Shown here piece after piece: positions 1 through 6,472 of a DNA stretch of 20,000 bases. The position numbers were made by a program, and so were the translations under genes. The stretch's first letter is position 1; every line of letters begins with the position of its first letter. Below the pieces are notes generated by a model. That model was not told the origin of the DNA, did no database searches, and saw only the letters and a list, made by a program, of their open reading frames with translations. The stretch lies in IMG/VR virus record IMGVR_UViG_3300025066_000021. One strand, 5' to 3'. Origin of the DNA: an uncultured virus (IMG/VR IMGVR_UViG_3300025066_000021). Lineage: Duplodnaviria; Heunggongvirae; Uroviricota; Caudoviricetes.

Positions 1-137
1 GAAAGCAGGTATCTCCGGTGACCGCCCGCTGTTTTTACAGGAGATATTCTTCCTTCTGCTTCCCAGCCTCTAAGAGTATTTTGAGACACACCCAGAAGTT
101 TTGCAGCCCTCCCTATGGAAATCAAAACCTCACTCAT
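1..137 (-). CDS. tnpA: IS607-family transposase (serine recombinase) N-terminal MerR-type HTH, partial; runs off the window
   Basis: Manual translation from ATG at 137: MSEVLISIGRAAKLLGVSQNTLRGWEAEGRISPVKTAGGHRRYLL..., the typical 'IG.AA.LLGVS..TLR.W...G......T.GGHRRY' MerR-like HTH of IS607 TnpA. The catalytic domain is outside the window, so a stand-alone HTH protein is not excluded. Confidence 0.72.
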   Translation of the reverse strand, partial: MSEVLISIGRAAKLLGVSQNTLRGWEAEGRISPVKTAGGHRRYLL

Positions 138-309
138 GAGCTTCCTTCATTTTATTAAGAAACTCATCGTAAGTTTTTTGGAATTCTTCTACAGTAGGTA
201 CTTCGCCTTCTTCAAAGGGAACTGGATGAGGAGTAATAGTTCCGTCTGCGAACTCTACTTCATCCTTAGTTACTTTAATTACTTTCATCTGTAACCTTTT
301 AGTTTTCAT
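130..309 (-). CDS. Small hypothetical protein (59 aa) directly upstream of the tnpA-like gene
   Basis: Manual translation: MKTKRLQMKVIKVTKDEVEFADGTITPHPVPFEEGEVPTVEEFQKTYDEFLNKMKEAHE*. Strong RBS (GAAAGGAG) upstream on the minus strand; the stop overlaps the next start (ATGAGTGA). Below the ORF-track size cut-off. Confidence 0.8.
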   Translation of the reverse strand: MKTKRLQMKVIKVTKDEVEFADGTITPHPVPFEEGEVPTVEEFQKTYDEFLNKMKEAHE

Positions 310-390
310 GATAATCTCCTTTCAAAAGTTATTGTGAAGAAGTTTACCATGTGCTACTATAGTAAGTAAATTAAAGAAGTATTAGAAAAT

Positions 391-420
391 TGTAACTTTT
401 TGTAAATTTTGGTAGATTTT
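391..420. repeat. Three imperfect 10-bp tandem repeats (putative TnpA binding sites)
   Basis: TGTAACTTTT / TGTAAATTTT / GGTAGATTTT with an exact 10-bp period. Confidence 0.65.
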
Positions 421-436
421 CAGGCTACTGTCGTGA

Positions 437-742
437 ACCCCCGTACCTATAGACCAAGAAACAAAAAAAATACTAGAAAAAACAGAAGTAACTAAACCCT
501 CAGAACCTCAAACTATCTTTACCAGTTGCGGTGACCGTGTTTTCATGTACACCAATACAAAGGAAAAGAAAGTTTATAGAGTAATTCTTGATAAGATAAG
601 GGTGTTGTTACGAGACGGTGGCTCTGTGGATGTCTATTACTACGATGACACCCGCTCCTTCTTGTACCATCCTAATCCAGATCAACTTTACGCAGAAGTG
701 TATAACTGCTTGGATTCAAAGGAAACTTATGAATACAAGTAA
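437..742 (+). pseudogene. 5'-truncated gene, paralog of the 729-1065 gene
   Basis: The frame of ORF 545..742 is open back to 437 (TPVPIDQETKKILEKTEVTKPSEPQTIFTSCGDRVFMY...) with no ATG or RBS. TIFTSC...LYAEVYNC aligns with TIFSSC...LSEEIYNC of the next gene, which has an N-terminal anchor missing here. Confidence 0.65.
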
Positions 743-1065
743 ACAAGGTAAAATAATAATTGCACTAGCTGTTTTAATCCCAGCACTCATTGGACTAGGA
801 ATAAAACTATACGACCACAAAGCTGTTTTAACAGAAGCACCTCCTACTAAAACAATCTTCTCTAGTTGTACAAAGGATTTATACACAAGAGTTGATACCG
901 AGGACTCAGTAATTTACTTGGTTAAATTGAACCGAGTAATTAAGATACGGGCTTCTAATGGTTATGTGTGTTAAATACATGTCTGGTCACGAGAGTTGTA
1001 TTAGTAACATAGAGGATGACGGAAAACTTTCGGAAGAAATCTATAATTGTAAGACAGGGTACTAG
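729..1065 (+). pseudogene. Membrane-anchored hypothetical protein, apparently frameshifted at (TG)3 965-970
   Basis: Likely start is ATG 729 (AAAGGA RBS), MNTSKQGKIIIALAVLIPALIGLGI..., stopping at 974. Adding one TG gives ...NGYVCVKYMSGHESCISNIEDDGKLSEEIYNCKTGY* (TAG 1063-1065), which matches the C-terminus of the upstream paralog. Confidence 0.7.
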
Positions 1066-1238
1066 TGAGATCAAAAATTACTTTTCTACAAGCCCTCATC
1101 AGTTTCACCGGACTGTTTGTGTCACTTATTTTAAATTCTGAGATGCCAGTTAATATTCATAACACCTTAGCATCAATAGGAATTACTCACGGCTTTGTAG
1201 GAGTAGTTTTATATTACCAAATCAAAAAACACTGTTGA
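1065..1238 (+). CDS. Small two-TM membrane protein (57 aa)
   Basis: GTG overlaps the upstream TAG. Translation MRSKITFLQALISFTGLFVSLILNSEMPVNIHNTLASIGITHGFVGVVLYYQIKKHC* has two hydrophobic stretches. Confidence 0.7.
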   Translation: MRSKITFLQALISFTGLFVSLILNSEMPVNIHNTLASIGITHGFVGVVLYYQIKKHC

Positions 1239-1263
1239 CACTAGATCACCTTTGCAGGTTAAT
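1235..1263 (+). promoter_or_regulatory. Putative sigma70 promoter (perfect -35, weak -10)
   Basis: TTGACA at 1235-1240, GTTAAT at 17-bp spacing, then AAGGAG RBS and ATG 1280. Confidence 0.45.
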
Positions 1264-1279
1264 AGAATAAAGGAGAACT

Positions 1280-1714
1280 ATGAATTACTACGAGATATTC
1301 AATCAATACATTTCTTTAAGGTACGATAAACCCGAAGAAGCTGAGGCTATTCGACACTCTATGATTTCTGGTGTGTTGTCTGACTTAAAAGAGATGATAC
1401 AGAATCCTGTTACCTCTAGTGACACTGCTTGTCCAGATGACCAAACACAAATAAAATTCAAGAAGCTTCTTTATATGTTAGGAAGTCTATCATTTGAGAC
1501 AGACTGGAAAGGAAGAAGCGCTGTTGAAACCGATGTTTGCTTTAACGCTATTGAACACTGGAATCCAACTAAAATTCCTTATAACAGTAGTAGCACTGAA
1601 ATTGTAGCACTAGCGAGTAGTATAAGCAAATGGGCAAACCAGTTTATCAGTTCTCATACCGAGAATATGACCAGAGAGCTAAAAAAGTATAAGGAAAAAT
1701 ATGGCGAGATTTAA
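1280..1714 (+). CDS. Hypothetical protein (144 aa)
   Basis: ORF track; AAGGAG RBS; overlaps the next start. Confidence 0.85.
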   Translation: MNYYEIFNQYISLRYDKPEEAEAIRHSMISGVLSDLKEMIQNPVTSSDTACPDDQTQIKFKKLLYMLGSLSFETDWKGRSAVETDVCFNAIEHWNPTKIPYNSSSTEIVALASSISKWANQFISSHTENMTRELKKYKEKYGEI

Positions 1715-2312
1715 AAACTTACCAACCGAATACACAGAGTTTATTCATCAAGTAATTGAGGCGACTCGTGCAATCCGAGATATTACCGGAGGAACGAATG
1801 CATTTACTCAAGAGAAAGAACACTCAGTTACTCCTGGTGAATACAGAAATAGATACACAAAGCTCCAGAATATAGGTAGCGAATCAGAGCAGCAATTACT
1901 GAGTCTGGAACAACACGTAAACCTAGAACAACATGCAGACCTAGAAACAGAGTTTGACGCATTAGCCGTGGAACCCGCAGAGGATTTTAAGGGAGAGGCT
2001 GTTGAACCAGATTTTAATAAATTCACCCAGGAGTTTGATGACTTTAAAGCTGTTGAACTAGATAAACTCGCAGAACAAGCTGGACAAGTAGCAGTAGAAT
2101 ATTTTAAACCTGACTTCTGGGATTGTTTACCCAGGACAGGAGAACAAGTAGAATATTTTATCGGAGAAAACGGTCCTTGGCAAAACCAAGTATTAGGAAT
2201 AGATTTATCTTGTGATTGTAAACCAAGTCTTCTATTACATAGATGGGTTGCTTTTACTGAAGCAGACATAAAATCAGGTTACTCAAATTTTAAGATTGTA
2301 GGTAAAAAATGA
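1701..2312 (+). CDS. Hypothetical protein with acidic internal repeats and a C-terminal domain shared with 6469..6882 and 16520..17335
   Basis: ORF track; AAGGA RBS; LEQH and (E/D)F...AVE repeats; C-terminal W...P......P....VL.IDL.C motif. Confidence 0.85.
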   Translation: MARFKNLPTEYTEFIHQVIEATRAIRDITGGTNAFTQEKEHSVTPGEYRNRYTKLQNIGSESEQQLLSLEQHVNLEQHADLETEFDALAVEPAEDFKGEAVEPDFNKFTQEFDDFKAVELDKLAEQAGQVAVEYFKPDFWDCLPRTGEQVEYFIGENGPWQNQVLGIDLSCDCKPSLLLHRWVAFTEADIKSGYSNFKIVGKK

Positions 2313-2518
2313 TTTTCTCACTCTTAGTAACAACACTTGTGTTATCTGTAGTCTTAGGATATTCAGTAGTAGGTTTATACGCTATGGCTAAATTAATCAG
2401 GATATTCGGATGGAGTAAGATGCCGTGGCAACCTGTGGCTATTTATGCAGCAGGAATTCTGTTTTGTGTGTTAGGTTTATTTTACTTGTGGTGCGATAAA
2501 ATCTCGGTGACTCTTTAA
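2309..2518 (+). CDS. Small two-TM membrane protein (69 aa)
   Basis: ATGA overlap with the upstream stop; two hydrophobic segments. Confidence 0.8.
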   Translation: MIFSLLVTTLVLSVVLGYSVVGLYAMAKLIRIFGWSKMPWQPVAIYAAGILFCVLGLFYLWCDKISVTL

Positions 2519-2573
2519 TACCTTGGGTATTTGATTTTTTGGGCCTGTTTTCCGAGAAATCCCGATTTCTTTT

Positions 2574-2634
2574 TTCCCTCTATTTAATGGGATTTCTAAA
2601 CTTTTCTACTAGGGTAAAGCAAAAATATTTAGGG
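2574..2634 (+). repeat. 61-bp direct repeat, copy 1
   Basis: TTCCCTCTATTTAATGGGATTTCTAAACTTTTCTACTAGGGTAAAGCAAAAATATTTAGGG, identical to 2802-2862. Confidence 0.95.
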
Positions 2635-2693
2635 TAACTTTTTGAGTTGGATATCCAGGTGTTAGCTCAGGATATAAGGTTTTTGAGTAAAAC

Positions 2694-2722
2694 AGCATTC
2701 CCGCTTGGCTACAGGGAATGCT
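2694..2722. repeat. Perfect 9-bp inverted repeat (hairpin, 11-nt loop)
   Basis: AGCATTCCC (2694-2702) and GGGAATGCT (2714-2722). Confidence 0.85.
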
Positions 2723-2801
2723 TGTAGCTCAGGGAATTGCCTTTTTGTCTTGAATCAGGTGTTTGAGGATCTTTTTTAGTTTTGAATCCCATAAAAATTA
2801 A

Positions 2802-2862
2802 TTCCCTCTATTTAATGGGATTTCTAAACTTTTCTACTAGGGTAAAGCAAAAATATTTAGGG
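2802..2862 (+). repeat. 61-bp direct repeat, copy 2
   Basis: Identical to 2574-2634; 228-bp period. Confidence 0.95.
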
Positions 2863-3047
2863 GTTGAGGAGTACGGACTGGTTTGACAAGAAATTTGAAA
2901 ATTATTTTTGGGATTTAAAATTTTGGGGAAAAGTATATTAGAAATTATTTTTTTAAAAAACCCTAAAAAAATAAATTTTACAAAACTTGAAAGAAAAAAG
3001 AATTTTGTGGGAACGTCCTCGCATTTTCCCGTAATACAAATTTTCAA

Positions 3048-3102
3048 AAATAGAGGCTTGATTTACAGGTTTTTCGGACATTTGTGCAAATAGCCTCTAT
3101 TT
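3048..3102. repeat. Perfect 11-bp inverted repeat with a partly pairable 33-nt interior
   Basis: AAATAGAGGCT (3048-3058) and AGCCTCTATTT (3092-3102). Confidence 0.85.
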
Positions 3103-3310
3103 ACTAGGGAATCCCGTTGTTAATCATGTATCCTGGTTCTCTCGGTAATACTTGTTTACTTAGTTCTTATAATAACTATAACTAGATTACTCAGTTTCTG
3201 GGCTATATTAATATCCGGTAATCGAAAACCCCAAATTATATAGTTACCCCTTTTTCTCCTAGTAATTCCACAAAAAGCGCTTGTTACCCTTACAATTTAG
3301 TACAATATCG

Positions 3311-3339
3311 TTGACACACCCTAGTTATCCTTATATACT
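3311..3339 (+). promoter_or_regulatory. Strong sigma70-type promoter
   Basis: TTGACA (3311-3316), 17 bp, TATACT (3334-3339); at the head of a co-oriented gene run. Confidence 0.85.
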
Positions 3340-3385
3340 TAATAAATGACCAATACCTACACGCTCTAAGATGTAAGGAGTTAGC

Positions 3386-3670
3386 ATGCAAAAAGTAGTT
3401 TTTACGGAACAGATTAACCAAAGCGAACTTAGCAGGGACAACTTCATTCTATTTATTCATTACGAATCATCTATAACAATGTATTTAGCCCACGATTTTA
3501 AAGATAGCATGTACTGGCTTATTGATATTAGTAAACAAGGAATTTCAACAGAAGGTCCATATAAAAACTTAGACCAAGTTTTTGAATTCACTAAAGATAG
3601 TTATCACATATACAAATGTGCTAACGAAAAAGAATTTTTGGAGAGGCTGCATAAGTTCAGGGGTTACTAG
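3386..3670 (+). CDS. Hypothetical protein (94 aa)
   Basis: ORF track; TAAGGAG RBS; first gene after the promoter. Confidence 0.85.
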   Translation: MQKVVFTEQINQSELSRDNFILFIHYESSITMYLAHDFKDSMYWLIDISKQGISTEGPYKNLDQVFEFTKDSYHIYKCANEKEFLERLHKFRGY

Positions 3671-3671
3671 T

Positions 3672-3967
3672 ATGAAGATGTATGAAGCACGGGTATATCT
3701 AGGGACAAAAATGGGATTACTATAGACGAGATAGAAGTAGACGGAATACTCGAAGACCAAGGAAGAGTAAAACGAGGCTTGGCGTAAGAGTTTATTGAAA
3801 CGAAGTATACCAAGAAGTGCATGACTAGAACTGAGGCAATCGAATTCGTTATAGCCAAACTAGAAAACGAAGTACCCGGTTTAAAAGAAATGGCTAAATT
3901 ATATCAAGACTCACTAGACAAGCATATCACCGAGATTAATCTATGGAAACTCAGACTAAATGAATGA
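3672..3967 (+). pseudogene. Disrupted hypothetical gene (apparent frameshift at A5 3707-3711 and in-frame TAA 3785-3787)
   Basis: MKMYEARVYLGTK, then in the shifted frame NGITIDEIEVDGILEDQGRVKRGLA*EFIETKYTKKCMTRTEAIEFVIAKLENEVPGLKEMAKLYQDSLDKHITEINLWKLRLNE*. Fills an otherwise unexplained gap; no homolog is visible to confirm the join. Confidence 0.55.
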
Positions 3968-3997
3968 TACCCATGAGTTAAAGGCAGTTGAGGACTG

Positions 3998-4153
3998 ATG
4001 TTACCACTACGTTTTAGTATAAGCTGTATTAAAAAGAAAACCGGGACACTAGAACAATTCATATACGATTATCAACCTTTTAAAATTAAAGATTCAACTG
4101 AATTTAGAGCGAGTTTAGCCAGCCTCATAAAGTATATTAAGGAAGAAGAATGA
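3998..4153 (+). CDS. Small hypothetical protein (51 aa), paralog of 4150..4320
   Basis: GAGGA RBS; MLPLRFSISCIKKKTGTLEQFIYDYQPFKIKDSTEFRASLASLIKYIKEEE*. Confidence 0.7.
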   Translation: MLPLRFSISCIKKKTGTLEQFIYDYQPFKIKDSTEFRASLASLIKYIKEEE

Positions 4154-4320
4154 TATTACCTGATTGGTGTGACCTAAGCAGTAAGAAAGAAAAAGGTCAA
4201 GATTTTAATCCGTTAGAACAATTTATCTAGGACAACGAACCAGCAGGACAGGACGAACATGAGTTTAGAGCAGGGCTAGCCAAGTTAATTGGTTATGTCA
4301 AAGGAACTGGGGATGAGTAA
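4150..4320 (+). pseudogene. Small hypothetical gene with in-frame TAG at 4228-4230
   Basis: MILPDWCDLSSKKEKGQDFNPLEQFI*DNEPAGQDEHEFRAGLAKLIGYVKGTGDE*. The TAG aligns with Tyr in LEQFIYD of the upstream paralog, and similarity continues past it. Confidence 0.8.
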
Positions 4321-4695
4321 AGATTTGGAGTCAGGGTATTACTGGGCAACACAAGGATCTGAGGACCTCAAGTTATACTAGAAAAGATTGACGGCATGTT
4401 TCTTATTACAGGGTGTGATACTATGTTTACCCAAGAGTACATTAACATTGAGTATTCTTACTTAACTAAAGTTAATGAGCCAGAGCCTCTTTCCTGGACA
4501 TCAGTTGCAGAAGAACAGGGAGACCTGTTTACTATACAGGAATTCATAGATATGTGTGAATGTGGGGCTTGGCTTGATGGAACAGGGTGTTATGCATACC
4601 AAGATAAAGTAAGTAACATCTATCTTAGCCCGTCTGACCTGCTTTGCGGTGAGTTAAGAGACGATTTTACACATGTAATGTGGTATAATCAATAA
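4313..4695 (+). pseudogene. Hypothetical phage-type protein, apparently frameshifted between 4363 and 4379; the C-terminal 99 aa are ORF 4396..4695
   Basis: Coupled ATG 4313 gives MSKDLESGYYWATQGSED, and the frame of 4396 is open from 4363 (PQVILEKIDGMFLITGCD...). The C-terminal GDLFTIQEF...DG.G.YA...PSD...FTHVMWYN pattern looks like a real phage protein. Confidence 0.6.
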
Positions 4696-4703
4696 AGGGT
4701 AGT

Positions 4704-5173
4704 ATGAAAAAATCAGTTGTAATAAGTTTAGATAGTAAAAATTTTCAAGAGTTTCTTGAGAAGCACGGGATTTGTTCTGAGGTCTTTGATACTTATGAAC
4801 CCAATGAAACCGAGGTAATGTTAACAGAAATTAATCACATAGTTAAACATACACCTAGGTCAGATCAAGAGATAAATAAGGAAGTTGAAGACATGTATCA
4901 AAGATGTTTGAGCGCACACCCGGATATAACTGCTGAGGATGCCGAAAGAACTCGTGAAGCTTTGTATACAGGCGCACACACAACTCTTGTGACGACCAAG
5001 CGTTTGATTTAACCGACTACACAAGAACCCAAGTCCTTGACGATATTGCTTGTAGTATTTCTATGGGCGGTACAGAGAATATCGGATGGCGTAAATCTGA
5101 TAACGCAACCAAATCTGAGGAAGAATATATAGGGGTTTTGGTATACAAACTATTCCCTGAGTTAGGAGAGTAA
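4704..5173 (+). pseudogene. Hypothetical protein, apparently frameshifted at (CA)4 4975-4982
   Basis: ORF 4704..5012. Removing one CA extends it (GAHNSCDDQAFDLTDYTRTQVLDDIACSISMGG...LVYKLFPELGE*) to TAA 5171-5173, which overlaps ATG 5173 (TAATG) and closes a 160-bp gap. Confidence 0.7.
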
Positions 5174-5610
5174 TGAATCTTAGGAAACTTGAGATTAAGT
5201 CTAGTCAACGAGGGAACAAGTGCGGTAATACCATAGAAACTAATGCTGGGACTATAGAAGTTTCTTGTTCTGACAGAGCTGATTTGCCTGTGTATAGCGG
5301 TACAGTAATCCATGTTTGTGACCAGGATATTTTTTTAATTGCTGTAAAAGGACTTCACCTAGAAATACCTTGGGATGATGATTTCCGGCGTAACAGAGAA
5401 AGAGTAAGAGCAGAGATTCGAGAAAGCATAGAAGCAGAGAAAGAAGAGCGAAGAAAAAACCGCAAACCCAGAGAAAAAGTAATTCCGGGAAGAGAAAAAG
5501 TGTTAAGCACGAGAAAAGGGAATACAGTTACCCTAGAATATGGGAAGTTTGTTCATGTATACGGTCTCGGTAAAATTGAGAGAATTGAAAGGAAACTAGG
5601 TTTAGAATAA
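5173..5610 (+). CDS. Hypothetical basic protein (145 aa)
   Basis: ORF track; AGGAG RBS; R/E/K-rich helix. Confidence 0.85.
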   Translation: MNLRKLEIKSSQRGNKCGNTIETNAGTIEVSCSDRADLPVYSGTVIHVCDQDIFLIAVKGLHLEIPWDDDFRRNRERVRAEIRESIEAEKEERRKNRKPREKVIPGREKVLSTRKGNTVTLEYGKFVHVYGLGKIERIERKLGLE

Positions 5611-5615
5611 TAGGG

Positions 5616-5644
5616 TTGACGTTAGAAGAATACTGAGTTACAAT
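5616..5644 (+). promoter_or_regulatory. Strong sigma70-type promoter
   Basis: TTGACG (5616-5621), 17 bp, TACAAT (5639-5644), followed by AAGGAGG and ATG 5666. Confidence 0.85.
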
Positions 5645-5665
5645 ATAATTAATTAAGGAGGAATT

Positions 5666-6472
5666 ATGGAAAAGCTGGTAAATACCTACGGAATAGAAGT
5701 CTCTAACGCCTTTCAGAAAGAAAACGGGAAATTCTATTATACCTCGGATTGCTTGAGATGTTGTGGCGACGGGATTCTCAGAGGGTTCATGCATATTGAC
5801 AACGGGGTTTGTTTTCGTTGCTCGGGAAGTCGCAAGGAACAAAAAGCATCCAGGGCTTACACACCCAAGGAATTTGCTCGTAAACAGGCTAATAAAGAAA
5901 GAGCAGCTACTCGAAAAATTAATAAAGCTAACCAGGAACGCCAGGAACGATTGGCTAACCTAGATTCTTTGTTAACAAGAGTTGATATAGCAGGCATCAT
6001 GGCTTACCGGGCTCGTTGGAATTCTACAGAAAAGAAACCCTTTCATTACGACACAGCAATAGAAATGATTGATAGGGCTGGTACAACAGGACTTAGCCAA
6101 AAAGCTGTTTCTTTTTTGGAAAAGATTGTTGTTGACTTTGAAGCTCAGCACTTGAACAGAGAAGCTGCTAATGCAAATAAAATTCATGTAGGAACTCCAG
6201 GGGTTCGTGAAGAATTTAGTGTAACCATTAAATTTCGCAAAGAACTTCCCTGTCAATACCAAGGTTTCAAAGAGATGGTGAAGCTTGAGACCCCTGAGGG
6301 CAACGAATTAGTTTACTTTGGTAAAGCTCTTATTGGAGTGCCTGTAGATCATCCACTAGTTATTAAAGCTACAGTCAAAACGTGGGATGACTACCAAGGA
6401 ACTAAGTACACTATAGTCACACGACCAAAAGTATTGTCTAACCCAGAGAGTTCTGATATAATAGATATATGA
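5666..6472 (+). CDS. Zinc-finger protein with putative C-terminal OB-fold-like domain
   Basis: CLRCCGDG...GVCFRCSGS (CxxCxGxG-type), a charged helix, then HVGTPGVREEFSVT...IKATVK..DDYQGTKYTIVTRPK, a beta-rich pattern typical of OB-like phage proteins. The fold is inferred. Confidence 0.8.
   Translation: MEKLVNTYGIEVSNAFQKENGKFYYTSDCLRCCGDGILRGFMHIDNGVCFRCSGSRKEQKASRAYTPKEFARKQANKERAATRKINKANQERQERLANLDSLLTRVDIAGIMAYRARWNSTEKKPFHYDTAIEMIDRAGTTGLSQKAVSFLEKIVVDFEAQHLNREAANANKIHVGTPGVREEFSVTIKFRKELPCQYQGFKEMVKLETPEGNELVYFGKALIGVPVDHPLVIKATVKTWDDYQGTKYTIVTRPKVLSNPESSDIIDI

Larger units (their letters stand above)
1..440 (-). mobile_element. Left portion of a putative IS607-family element (boundary approximate, ~430-442)
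   Basis: tnpA-like HTH gene, 10-bp tandem subterminal repeats at 391-420, no terminal inverted repeat, and an abrupt start-less reading frame beginning at 437 on the other side. Confidence 0.6.
2519..3310. other. Long non-coding, repeat-rich, AT-rich block; candidate replication origin, ncRNA or regulatory hub
   Basis: The only long gap in an otherwise overlapped gene array. Contains a 61-bp direct repeat, iterated GGGAWT/AWTCCC, ACTAGG and GGGTAA/TTACCC motifs, hairpins and A/T tracts. Function is inferred only. Confidence 0.5.

Noticed and set aside
618..728. N-terminal extension of ORF 618..974
   Set aside because: It overlaps the 437-742 coding frame; ATG 729 has an RBS and is followed directly by the hydrophobic anchor.
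2554..2575. Intrinsic terminator AGAAAT-CCCG-ATTTCT-TTTTT after gene 2309..2518
   Set aside because: The position fits, but the stem is short and AT-rich and competes with the 9-bp pairing to 2589-2597; too weak to call.
2655..2800. tRNA genes suggested by two TAGCTCAG (D-arm-like) motifs
   Set aside because: No complementary GAGC D-stem at the proper distance, no GTTCRA T-loop and no acceptor stem.
2574..2862. CRISPR mini-array from the two 61-bp repeats
   Set aside because: Only two copies, the repeat (61 bp) and spacer (167 bp) are far outside CRISPR ranges, and there are no cas genes in the window.
2574..2862. Diversity-generating retroelement TR/VR pair
   Set aside because: The copies are identical with no adenine-specific mismatches, neither lies in a credible CDS, and no reverse transcriptase is visible.
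2883..2911. Promoter at TTGACA 2883-2888
   Set aside because: No -10-like hexamer at 16-19 bp spacing.
2808..3093. ORFs 2808..3047 (-) and 2908..3093 (+)
   Set aside because: K/F/I/N-rich translations of A/T tracts, no RBS, and they overlap the repeat block.
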